Source: Spizellomyces punctatus DAOM BR117
Taxonomy: Eukaryota
Length of the DNA: 64,000 bases
Direction: 5' to 3' (one strand)
Assembly (NCBI GenBank): GCA_000182565.2
Contig: KQ257450.1
Shown: piece after piece, positions 45,663 through 58,394 of the stretch
How the letters are laid out: the number at the start of each line of letters is the position of its first letter
Numbering within the stretch: position 1 is the stretch's first letter
Program-made: the position numbers and the translations under genes
Notes under the pieces: generated by a model
Databases searched by the model: none
What the model was told of the DNA's origin: nothing
The model's input: only the letters and a program-made list of their open reading frames with translations

Positions 45663-48600
45663 CTAGCTCGTATCCATTGGCTGTACTCTGCCCACGTCAC
45701 GTCTCCGTTCTCCCTTCCATTCTTGTATCCTCATTTTTAGCTCATCGTCTTGTAGCAGATGGAGTAAATAATAATATGTCAGATCACTGCGGCGTACCGC
45801 ATCTGCATGGCACTTACTGGGTATGACCTGCTCGATGCTCAACGGCTGTCGATTGAACTGTGGTCGAGTTGATCAGGACCACCGAGGACGACCAGTATAA
45901 CTCGCTTCAAACTTACGGGATCATGTGCATCGGAGAGCAGATGTGACTTGATGGTGGACCTGTCAATTGATATTCCACTTCCAGGGAGAATCACAGGATC
46001 TTCCATAAGTGTATACAACAAGGGGTCTGTACGACAAAATGCGGGCAGGTGAGTAAGCATCTTCAGGTACGCGGTAAGTGTGCTTAAGGATTACCGAGAA
46101 ATTCTTCCGGGACGTCACCCAATTCCTCTTCTTCCGCCTGAGAGCTTTGAATCGTTGCTTCCACACGGTCAATGAACTGTTGCAACTTGCTAAGTTCGCT
46201 CTTCGTCCGAAATTGCACAACATTTCGTATTGAGCCGATCATTCATTGCACTCCGTCCTTACAACAAAAAACTCACCTCGTTCTTGAGCATATTTTTTAG
46301 TAGAATTCCCGCCGCCCGAGAGAACAGATCCTTACGATATGAACGTTCATCCTTAGCTACCGCGCTGATAAATTCCTGTCGATGAGCAAGATGAAGATAG
46401 ATATCCACGAGTTCTCTTAGCAGCCGCTTGGGCTCGAAGCGATATTTCTCCGGGTTTTTGACCTGATGCAACAGCATTTTCAGCGCCACATAGTAGAAAA
46501 CAATCATACAGCAATGCTTCACCTTGAGTTCTGTGCATCGAGGCCCCACTAACGCGGCTAGATTGAAATCCAACATGGCCGCTAGCCTCTCAACGATCTC
46601 TGGTTCCATGAAGGGCTGGACAATCTCAGAATTGGCCGTCATATACTGCAGCATGTGCACCGTCTCATTCCCCAATGACATGTATGAATGAGCTTGCCCT
46701 TCCAACTGACGCAAAAAGCCAGATCGCTCTTCCCGTCGTTGCAGGTCTTCTCTAGATGCAGCGGGCTGCATTCCCGTGGTTCTTTAGACGGTGTCCAGTG
46801 CTCATATGTGGTGCCACTAGTACATACCGACAGCGGATCAGCCAATTCTATCTGTAGCTGTTGAATCTGCTTTAGCTTAGAGAGCGATTCATCTAAGAGA
46901 TAGGTCGTGTCATTCATCAACAACGCGACAAATCGCACGAAAAATTCTGTATTCCTGATGTTCAATTCGATTAGGGCGGATATCCGTGGCAGCAGGATCA
47001 ACATAGTAAAACTGCAGACTTACCGGCTTTGAGACACCATTTTACTACGATGCCCAGCGTCGGCCCATACAGACTTCAAGATCTGGGATATGTTGTACCG
47101 GATATTGAATTTGTCATAAAACTGACTAGATACTCCAGTATGCTCGACGTCTAAGATTTTAAGGGAAGCTGAGAAACCTAAAGCGGGCAATAACCATTAT
47201 GATTGATTGTCACCCACCTACATAAAACCTCATTAAATTGGGTACCAGCAGCTCTTTCGCCAAGGGGTGAGTTGAAAATACGTCATCCAACTTGCCCCCA
47301 GTTTGACCAGACTCTGTACGCCAAAGAGGCCATGTGAAGGTGAAAAGGATCTACGAGAGATGCAAAAATTAGCGGTGCACCATCCAAAAATGCTCACAGC
47401 AACTTCAAAGTCACCTCTACGAATTTGCTTTTCAAGTGAGGATTTTTGATAAGCTGCGGGTTCGCAAGGAAGATCATTGTGAATGTGAGAAACTCGTCCC
47501 TTGGATTGCGCTCAAAAATAGGTGCGTCATATCTACGTCGTACGTAAGTTCCTGTCCTAAAAGCGATAAGCTGTCACGCTCTTACCGGACAATAAAAAGA
47601 TAAAATTCGCATATGTCTTCAATGATCCATTCTGGAAGCGTGCCAAAGCTCAGCGGAGCATCGCCGGACAGCCCAAGCAGAGGTAATCTACCATAACAAA
47701 CATTTGAGGTCTCGACACGCTGTTCAATAAGTCAATATTTGCCTACCCCATGAGATCTCCTCTAGCTACCCGACCCCAGTCGACAGAGTCACCAGCTTTG
47801 GTTGTTAACGGATAGTGCACTTGAGGGCTCCCAATGACCGTGGAGCGGAGGAGCCACATCATTACGAGGTCATAAAAGCGCAACGAGTGCTCAATAGCCA
47901 CACGATTCCTCAGGGCCGTGTCCATCGCAAGCTTGTACCCGATGAGTTTATCCAATTGTTTCTATGGGATGACTGGTATCAACCTATCTGAAAGGCTGCC
48001 GAGTGATTCAACGATTGCATAGTACCTGGAATCGCTTCAACATCTCTTCATTCAACATTCGCGCTGGTCCTGGCCACGCCCCGCTGTCTCGCTCCGCTTT
48101 CATTTTTTCTACATGTTTCGCTAGCTCTTGCGTCTGTTTGATCAGCGTTGTATATTGTCGGATTATACTCATCAATCCGTAGTGATGCAGTCCCAGAGTT
48201 AAGTAGAAGATGTCCGACACGAAATTCGTCGGCTCAGGGTTGGGGTGAGTCTCATGCCACTGCTTAACGTATCGTTCACAGGTTTCTTTATCGGCATTTA
48301 TCCGTGTATCTTCCGTTACATCCAAACGTTTTGAATGATTAAAATAATCAGGGTCTATGAGATGCAGCTTCGAGTATTTGGCATCAATAATTGGATCAGA
48401 AAGCTTCAATGCAACTTGCAACAGGTTGTACATGAAGCCATCCGTAGAAACATCGCGCATATTAACCTGATAATTTCCGGTAAAAACATAGTTGGCAATA
48501 CTTGACTTATGAGACGCACCTGCATGCGGCCCCGTCGCTTATTGACCGCAATCGCACTGGAGAGATATTGCAGCACCCTCTCTCTTGAATCCGGCCCAGC

Positions 48601-50310
48601 TTTGATAATGTTCATGGTAATGTTGTACAGATTGGACTGTGAGGAGTGGATCAGAATTTGCAAAGAATGTCTTTAAAAATATCTCGCTCATCCACTCACT
48701 TGTGCAAGAGCAGTGATGTTTCGCAACGATTCCATAGAAGATCTGACGTCCCCTGGATTTCGTGACCCAATATAAAATCCGTCCAAACTAGCACCACCCT
48801 CCGCAAAAGCGTTTGAACTACCGAAATAGTGATCCGCCAGTGCGGGGTCCGCGTCAGGAAAGCTGCTAATTTTACTTAAGAAGGGCCCCAGAATTGTCAG
48901 TATTTCAATGGTCTTTGCTGTCGTCTCAGGGTTCCAATTCTTTAGCATGGGCACCTGGGTATGAACCACGGTCAAATATGCACATGATCCCAATATGTAC
49001 GGTGACGTGCATCACTCACCACAGCGGCGATTGGCTTGAATGAGACTAGCATCCCCAGAGCCTGCAAGCGGAAATTAATATTTAATTGTACCAGCAATCA
49101 ATCACTTAAACGCTTACACGCAACGGCGCTTGGTAATCCTTGATCAGGCTCTGTTCCCGCATATTCGCCGCTAAACTCGTAACCACGTAGCCCATCATCT
49201 GCCATAACTTATGATTAAAAAATGACTCGCATCCCTGCGAACTAATTCTCATTAACCTCATCTAGACCTTCTCCGCTGAAATGATTGACAAAATCCTCCA
49301 AAAAGGCTCGGGGAAGAGCGCTTTCTACTTCGTCTGCGGTCAGGAGTAACTTCTTCGCGATATAAGAAGGTCCAAGCTCTGCAGTGCTGTTCTCTAGTTT
49401 AGCACAACCCACGTGTGCGGAACACACGTCATCCCCTCAACGTATCGGTACCTGGGTGGTTGAGGGAAACTTCCTGCCATCTCCGGATTGATGACCAGAC
49501 CACTGTAACTAACAACCAGTCTCTGAGCGGTATCCAAAAATTCCAGGCGGCGTCGCGCAACCTCTCCTACAGATGGATTGGAACTGCCTTTCTCGACAAC
49601 TGAGCTGATGTGACTTCTGACGCGCTGTATTCGCTTCCATGTTTCGACGAGGTAATCGAACAAAGGAGGTGAGCTCGCTGAAGCATTTTGCTCAAGAGAA
49701 AGGCGTGCATACAACACACGCTCTAGCTGCGCTGTTGTAAATTTCAACGGAATGCTTTCGGCATTGAATTCCTCCACCAGGTCGGGGAGGGCGGTAAGGA
49801 CCTTTCTTTCGTCCGGCTGCTGCGCGCTTCAGCACGTATCCATATATAGATAGATCGTTTGCATATGACACTCACATTAAGAGTGCATTCAAAAATCTGT
49901 TCAAAAGCCTCATTCTGCCAATCATCATCAGCTTGCTGCAGGAAACTTTCCACGATACGCAAACGTGACGCTGCAGGAGATGTAGGAGACTTCTTTGGTG
50001 GCGTTGTAACCTTCATGGTCGTTAACCTGCAATAAGTACATACGTTTCGCATCGAAGCGTCTGAGATGATCCCACCGCGTTCACCTCTGGACCTCTGTCC
50101 AGCTTTATCGGCACATGTTCGGACTGCTGAGGCAGGAAACCTCGTTCTTCTTGAGAAGCGTTTGTATCCGTGCTACTACTAGCCGTTGGCGATGATGCGG
50201 ACGCTGCAAGTTTTGCCAAACGTTTTTGGCGTATCTATATGTCGGAACAAGGTTATTTGAGTGTAACGGAGATACCAGCGCGTCTAACTTGCCTTTTCGC
50301 TGTCGTCCAT
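45663..50310 (-). CDS. UFD2: Ubiquitin conjugation factor E4 (U-box)
   Basis: [56 protein letters not shown]...[10 protein letters not shown]-box [15 protein letters not shown]...[15 protein letters not shown]. Confidence 0.96.
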
Positions 50311-50740
50311 TCAAGCCAATTTACTCTACTGAGCACCTCAAACGAAGCCCTTTATAGTACTTGCTAGGAATATCCAGGTTCCTGCAGGTGCTGACGTAGA
50401 TCTAAGCTACATTTCGAGAATGCAGAAATAGCGGATATAGATTAGAATATGGATATTCAGTACAGGAAGCGTCCAGTTCTCGTTTCCAGGCTGAAATCGC
50501 AGGTCTAGACGAACTAAGGTATAACAGCCAGTACCTTTAGACGTCAAATTTGGTGGCAAGGATGAGTAAACCGGGAACGAACGAGAGCTGGTGCAGTTCA
50601 TGATCTTGCCTCGCCTGAGTCATCATTGAGCACGTGATCGAGCGCGTCTCGAAACTAGCTTGCACCTCAAAGCTAGCTAGCACCCTCAAACATCTTCAGG
50701 TCGCCCAACGACCAGTCACGACCCATCGTCGAAGGATAGC

Positions 50741-53700
50741 ATGGAGCTCCCAACAGATGCTGCCGAGCTCGAGAAGCTGAGGGCTGAGAAGCCATATATG
50801 GTGAAGTATTCCTTCCCAGTATGGTCGCGCGAATTCGCAGTTAAATTTTGTTTTCCCGACAGATGGCCAAGCTGCAGGAACAACTGAACATAGAGTTGAA
50901 GTTGAAAACGGGTAGAAAATGAGTCTGGAAAAGGAATAATTGGATGTTTATACATAACATTTGTCATACTATCAATAGGTGCAGAAACAATGTTGCAAGT
51001 ATCTGAAAGCGGGCAGAAAGGGGCGACGATAAGTCGGGAACAAGTGGAGTTGCAACTGGCGGCAACAAAGAAGAAAATTGCAGCGTTGCAGCAGCAGCTT
51101 GATATGTACAAAAGTATTCAAGACGCACCTGGTGGGTTTGGACCAACCTGAAGCCACTAGGCTGTTGAACTTCTGCTGACTTGATTCCAGTAGTTCAGAC
51201 CCGGTATTCAACGCAACGGTTTGCGGATGACCCAGATAGCTTTCTGTTACGTCAGGTACGAAGTCACTCGAATGATCAAAGACAGCGTGTGACAGATAGC
51301 ACGCATAGTCTGGATCGACGATCAGATGGAAACGTATTGCGAGGTGCGGAAAATACACGGCGGGGGAGCAACTTTAGACCGAATGTTTATTGTTCTGTTA
51401 GGGGTTAATACGCAAATGGTCAGTGACCTTTTGACCCGCATCAGCAACCAAACCGAGCATCCAGCAGTGAGAATGGAGGCCATGAACAACCTCCTCAAAA
51501 TCAGCAGAAGTGTGGACGATCTCTGTGCGTACGCTTCGGCGGATAATATCGTCAAAAGGTTTAATTGACATTCATGCATTATGTGGGATAATTGATATTA
51601 AAATTTCCATCCAGCTTGCGAACCTGCTTGGTGCATCAGTCAAAGGACATGCGTGCCAGTGCATTTCGAGTTTTAAGGCACATAGCAACTGATATTATTA
51701 TGCTTGGAGCGATCGTTGACGCTCACATAGACGTATTTGTAATGAGGTATGGGCCCCATTGCAAGCGACAAGCAGCGAGCACCCATTGAGAGCCAGCTTA
51801 TCCTTCTCTAGAGCTCTTACACGCGATCAGCGATACGACGTAGAGCGGGAACAGTCTCTCAAACTGATTCGTGCATTTTTGGACGTACCTGGTGGCTCGG
51901 AGCTTATCCCTCAGAGTCTCATCCGCATGTTAGTGGCTGTTTCTGAGCAACCAGATGACAAGTTCCGAACTATATGCGTGGAAACTTTGTGTGAACTGGG
52001 TAAGAAGCATTGTAAGATTATTTGTCCTTTTGCTGTTGACTGAACTTTGAATGCAGCGATACGGAATATGGGCTTATTGGCGTTATCGGGAGGAACCAAA
52101 GTAATATTTAACGCCTTGCTAGAAGGTCCGCGCGAGCTGACAGGATCGCTCGTGCGAACAGTCCTTTATATGTTGGACTCAGAAGAAACGCGCTGCTATA
52201 TGAGGCCGTCTGTTGAGCTTGAGGTTGATAGTACTTTTTCGTCAATTTGAAGGATTTGCGCTTTCCGGACTGCATACTCACGGTCTCCTCTTCAGATGAT
52301 AATATCACAATTCACGGATGCGTACAGTCGCGGTCCGGCGAACGAGGAGAAACTAGCAGCTTGCGCTAGGGCTGTGACTTTACTATTCAAATCGTGGACA
52401 GGTTGGTCCTAATATGCAGCATTGGATAGTCAAAGCCTGACATACACTTGGCAGGCATCATATATTTATGTCTCGATGACAAGCGCGCTATCAGATCTAT
52501 AGTGGAGTCTCTACGTTTACCTTACGATGAAAATAGGGTCAGCAACCATTTCACTTTCAGCATCTACAATATGGTTTTCTCACGCGGCGTGCTCTTCGCA
52601 GAAAATCCTTCTGGAAATGCTTTTTGATATATTTCAAATAGATGTGCCCAAATGGTACCCTGATTTTGTCTCTGCAAGGAGTCGATTTGGTAAGATTGTC
52701 GCAACTTGCGCCATCAGGTTAGGACGTCAACAGAGCGCTCATTTAGCTTGCCTCTCTTTGTAGGACACTTCTACCCAATGCATGAGGACTTGCTTCCAGA
52801 GAATCTTATCTCTGTGCCGTTGTATGTCGACCGAAAGAACCTGGTGGACCACTATCTTAGCTTCGTCCTGATGATTCTTATTGATGCTGGCTTGTTGGAG
52901 GTGATGGATGCCGTGGGTGGGCTCCTTGTCCTGAGATCAACTAAGGGATCCCTTCTTATTGTAGGCGTTGGTCGAACTGCTCCAGCACGATAATAAATAC
53001 ATCACCACAAGGGTGACCATTCTCGTTGGCGAAATTCTTGAACTATGCCATCGACTGCTGCCGACAGCGTATGGTACCAGAATTCAGGTATTTCAGCACC
53101 TTGTAACTATCGTTTGATGTGACCCCTCATTGTGAGCGCAGTCGCTTCCCGCTCTTTTCCGTATTGCCTCAGACTTCGATGATGAAGTGAAGCGACATCA
53201 AGGCACTTTAGCTTTGACGTACATCGATGGGCTTCACAAAAGCAAAGAGAAGTTGTTTCCGCATGCCCTAGATGACTCTTTCCCGAAGTATGTTGGTCGG
53301 AACGTCCTCTTGTTAATATCGAATGTCAGTTGCTCATTTTCGCTGCAGTAGGCGGTGGCTCAATCGTCGTAGTAATTACTCTTTGCGGAGCGGACGATCA
53401 CGGCAAGTGGAAAATGTGAAGATCCGCATGGGCATTCAGATTGATGACATACACTTCCGGAATATGTTGAGCGAGCTTGAGGTAGAAGGGCAGGCATTGA
53501 TTGTCCATTTAGAGGTACATTTGTATTCACCATGCCTTGAAGAAAGTTTTGGGATCAAAGGACTACACCAAGTGGACCTGGGACGTTATTATGGAGTTAA
53601 TTCAAGGCCCGTTCCTCAATCCCAAGCGCTTGGACGAAGCGATAAAAAATACCAAAGTGGTTAAGCGGCTCCTATCCTTCTATCGGCCGACAAATCATCA

Positions 53701-56304
53701 GTTTTCAGACATAAAAAAGAGCAAGGTGATGACGTCATATCTTTGTCGACATTTGCAACGAGTCTTGACCTTCGAAGTACAGGGAAGCGCCAAATATATC
53801 CGCATTGGGTGTGAGCTGATGAAAACCCTTTTGGCTACCCAAGAGGGTGTTCGGTATCTGGCAGAGAATCGGCTACTGCCGGAGATCGCGGAATGCCTAG
53901 GACAGCTAGATCCAGTATGTTTTTGCAGGTGTTTGGCTATGTGATACACATCTTTTATAGGTCGATAGATACACACCAGTCAACAGAGTGAGCCAATATT
54001 TTCCAAGGAAAGAATGGAAAAAACACTGACGGGAGACTATTTTACCTTGCTGGGAATATTCACGCAGTCCATTGAAGGAATACGGTAAGATGTCCTTCAT
54101 TGCAATGCAATTCCATTGTTATTGACCCCGCAAAAAGACTATTGGAACGGTTCCGAATCTTCAGTTTGTACTATCGCTTAACAGAATTGCGCAGTCGAGA
54201 TGATTTAGTGAAGGCCGTGGTGTTGAGCATGGATTATAGCCGGTACAATAAACCTAGTCGGATGCCATTCTCTAGCTGCCGGTTAATTATCTGATCTTAC
54301 AGGGATAACCATGCGCGCGTTTTGCTTTCGAAAGTTATGACTTCAGGATACAAGGTTGGCACCCAGTCCAGGATTGTACGAGTTTTATGTTTTCAACTCT
54401 AAACATATTCCATGCAGCATGTACGACTCGCTTCCACATGTCATCTGCGGAACATTCTTCAGAAAGGCGTCGAGGATTTCTCAGACTGGGGCATACAGTT
54501 GCTAGTAACTCAGGTAAGCGCTTGTGGCAGGATTGATTCAGCGCACATGTTAAAGGCAAAGCGTGGATAGCTGTATGATCCATCGCTAGAGGTCTGCGAA
54601 AAAGCGGTTGCCGTTCTTGATTTGGCGTGCAATGACCGAAGAAATCTCGAGTCGGTTGTGAACATGAGGCCAAGCCTGGATCATTTGGGGGAGGCGGGGA
54701 ATCCGCTGCTCTTAAGGTGAACCCCATTAAGGTCTACGTTACATAACTTACCCGCTGATCTCTAATACCCCTTAAGATTCCTATCTACATCAGTGGGATT
54801 CCACTATCTACAACAGCTGAATTATATCGAGCCTGAGATGGATTATTGGTTTGAGGTTAACGCTCACTGATAGATGTTGCATTGCGACCTATACTTATTG
54901 TGGTACGTATAATTTAGCACGGCAACAATCATTATGTGATCCGTTTGGAGTTGTCATTAGCTCGTGCTCTCTCCTCTACAATGAATCATTCGAACGGTGT
55001 CGAGGCAGGCCTCGACGCAGCTCGATCAGCCGAAGAGCTTGCCATAGACAATCAGTACGTCGTCGCTCATTTTGCCTTCATACGATAGCTTTCTCTGTCT
55101 GAATAATGTTGCTAGGGAGACAGACGGTAAAGCACCGCCCCACTTCTACGGGGAACTAGCACGAACATCGGAAGGCAGCGCTTTGCTTAGACGAAAAGGT
55201 CATTTCAAAACCTTCGCCGACCTTATCAGGCTAAAAAGCACGGGTCCTGTGGAGCCAGCGTCCATACTCCCGTTAAAAGGCGTTTTATGGGCAGTGGTAT
55301 GTCCTACTGCTTTCAGAATCGCTTGCGAAGGAAGGTGGACCTAACTTTCATACAGGGTAATATTGGTGCTATGAAGACGGGCCTTTCCTTCCTGCTGGAG
55401 GAAGATATCATTAAACATATAGTCAACATCGCACGAACATCCCCGATCATTACATTGAAAGGGTATGTCTATGTGCTGTTTATATGCTTATTGTCGATAC
55501 TCATGGCAGTTCAGGACTTGTTATTATATATTGGGATTGATAGCCAAAACAGCGCAGGGCGTGGAAATCTTGGAAGATTTGGGATGGGAGACTGTAATGC
55601 CAGCACATGGGCAACTAGAAGGGTTGTGTGTACCCAAAAACGAGGCATTGTTTTTAAGAGTAAGTAACTAAAAATGGGTGTAGCAGGATCACAATGCTGA
55701 CCTATTGTTTTAGATGCCACATTGGAACTACAAGGGGTCTTGGGCGGACTACTCAACAAAGCCTAATTTCAGCCCACACGAGTTTGACCCAACAGAGAGA
55801 GAAATCTTGAAATGCATCGGTAACATGAGTAATCATATTTTGGCCAACGCTGCCTCCAAAACTCTTTCGAGGTGTCTGTCTTGTGCCCTTCTGCTCTTCT
55901 GCATTGTCATATAGACTAACATTCTCTCGGGGCGAAGGTTTCGTCACGAGTATTCTGATTATTTTGTCAAGGTGGATCTGTACATAGAGGTTCTTCGAAT
56001 GCTCTCTGTGTACCACTTCCGTCTCACAGCGCGGCGGTTCATACATGAGCTATTTGAACGTGTCAGCTTTCTTGAGAGCGGGTTTGACAAACTGGACGCG
56101 GTGGGACGTCTGGAAATCGAACCACCAGAGGCTCGGGCGGAAGATCCAGCGTGGGACGACAGGATGGAATCACAGAGTGAGGATGCAGATATCGGGGAAA
56201 CGAAGGGAGAGACTGCTACGGCAGGGTCTGCGTCAAATGGAGAAGGTGGGAAGCGAGAGAGGCTTGCTCTCAAACCGCAACATGTTACGAAAGGGTTTGT
56301 ATGA
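50741..56304 (+). CDS. RICTOR: TORC2 subunit Rictor/Avo3/Ste20 with N-terminal HR1 domain
   Basis: HR1-like LNIELKLKT|GAETML; EREQSLKLIRAF; KDYTKWTWDVIMELIQGPFLNPKRLDE; PPHFYGELART; LKGVLWAV|GNIG; GTCYYILGLIAKT. Confidence 0.95.
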
Positions 56305-57137
56305 TAGGGATAAGGATGTTTAATTTTATAATTGTAAATTTGAATGAACAGTACGCAGGATGACCTGTTCTTGTGAGACTTGTTCATCTGTCGCGTACCA
56401 ACGTATCTAACTGTACAATGTGTAGAGAACCGGTAATGTCAACGCTTTGAATGATGCTAATGATGCTTTGGTGTTACGCTAGAAGATGATAACAAATTGG
56501 TGAGAACGGCCAGATCTGATGCCATAGATATCATTTAAGAAGTTCCTTGTAACTTTCACGAGTCGCGGAGGCCGCTTCACGTCCAAATATACGGTCGTTG
56601 ACGCTTATTAGGAACTTACAGTGTTGTCCGGCTCCATTGCACTATGTTGTGAGATAGCAACATGCGCGATGATCTTGTTGCCGGACTCACATATGGTTGT
56701 ACAACCTTAAACGCCGATCTCACATTTTTCTTGGAAGTTTGCGAGTATATGTGCGATTGCCAGTATGAACGGTCCAAAGGACTCCATTCAGGCAGAGAAG
56801 AGTGATGGGGGTGGGGAATCAAATTGTCTCATAGGTCATCAGATGGACACATGGTGCAACGAACAACATCGTGAGCTTGTTCTCTGCTCTTTTTAGTTTC
56901 GTAACAGTTTTTACGATGATCGTACTACCATTGCGTTTAGCATAGAAGGGGATGTCCCATAGGGACATGGCAGTTCCTCTATTTCATCGTCCACTGGCTC
57001 TATGATGCTGAGTATCGCGCGCTGATTATCCGGTTCTTCATCGTTGGAGTCGTCCTCGGTATCGGAGGCAAAATCGTGCATTCCACGCCCCTCTTCCTCC
57101 CTTCCGCGGTACAAAGCCCGACTGCATGCTGCGACCA

Positions 57138-57159
57138 CCCCCCCCCCCCCCCCCCCCCC
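57138..57159. repeat. Poly-C tract (22 nt)
   Basis: Direct reading of the sequence. Confidence 0.95.
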
Positions 57160-58394
57160 AAACCTTCCCTCTAATGATGGTTGATGAAGAAGACGTGCGA
57201 CCACTGCCAAACATGTCTGTAAAGAATAATTATGTTCGTCATGACCGTAGAGCAATCAACATGTGTGGAGATAGGCACCCAGTAAAGATGTCTCCCAGCT
57301 AAGGGTCTGCTCTCAAGGATTTGCCCATTCTACCACGGTTCGCGTATGCAAACATAAACTTGGGACATCTGGTTATTCTGTAGAGTTCGCCGTTAGGGTG
57401 CTAATGTGAGTAACCCATGGGCTACGAGATATGTTATAAAGTTTTAAAATGAGGATCTTTTGCTTTGAAGAGTTGGCCTCGAAAGGACTATTTTCTGTCT
57501 GGTTGCTTTCCGGGTACTGCGGCCTGTGGTCTCTCGGGGCTCCATGCTTACCAGCCTCGCTTAAGCGAAGCAGCTGTAATACGGATATGAGCATGTGAGC
57601 CAGCGTATTGTATATTAAACCACTTGAATTATCAAGAAAGTGTTCTTGCCATCTTCTCACAGAATTTATTGGTTTTGGAGCTTCTAAAGAACATACGTGA
57701 CGCAAAGGATAAGATGCTGGAGAAGGGAAGCAGCCCCAGATACAGTGTATCAGGTAAACGGACTGGATAAGTTTGATTTTATTCAACGCTGCCATTGTGA
57801 CCATTGACTTAAATACATATATATGTGATTTTCAAACCAGTAACTCTGGGCAAAATAAATTGAAATCAATCTCTGGTACTGTAGCTTTTGCTACAGTTGC
57901 ATCTGCGATTGATCTCTCGCTGTCTCGGGAAATATCAATAATAGACTGGGATTAGTTGCAGTAGTATAATATGGCCTCAACTTCAGCCCTTCATGAACGC
58001 TCCTGTCATCACAGATGATCTTCCTGTCAACCCGGGTTGGGCATACTCGATGCTGCGGACTAGTCAGGATAATCACTGCATCATGCAAAGTTAAGGATTT
58101 CCTCATCAGATTTAACATGTAAAATTTGCATCCAATCGACAGTTACGTAATGCTTAAGCATGTTTGAGATCAAAAACATTATCTGTTAACATTCCAAATT
58201 GCTGAGGAGATTTGATCGATCGATTGATCGAATGGTCGTTCGCGGACATATTGGCGAGAGAGTATCATTAATCATTGCAAGATTTGATGTAGAGTGTTGA
58301 TTCCTGCGGACCTTGACGTTGAAAACCCGAATATTACATAATTCCTACGTCTGACGTAGCGTGCAATGTCAGCAGCCATCAGCCACTGTATATT

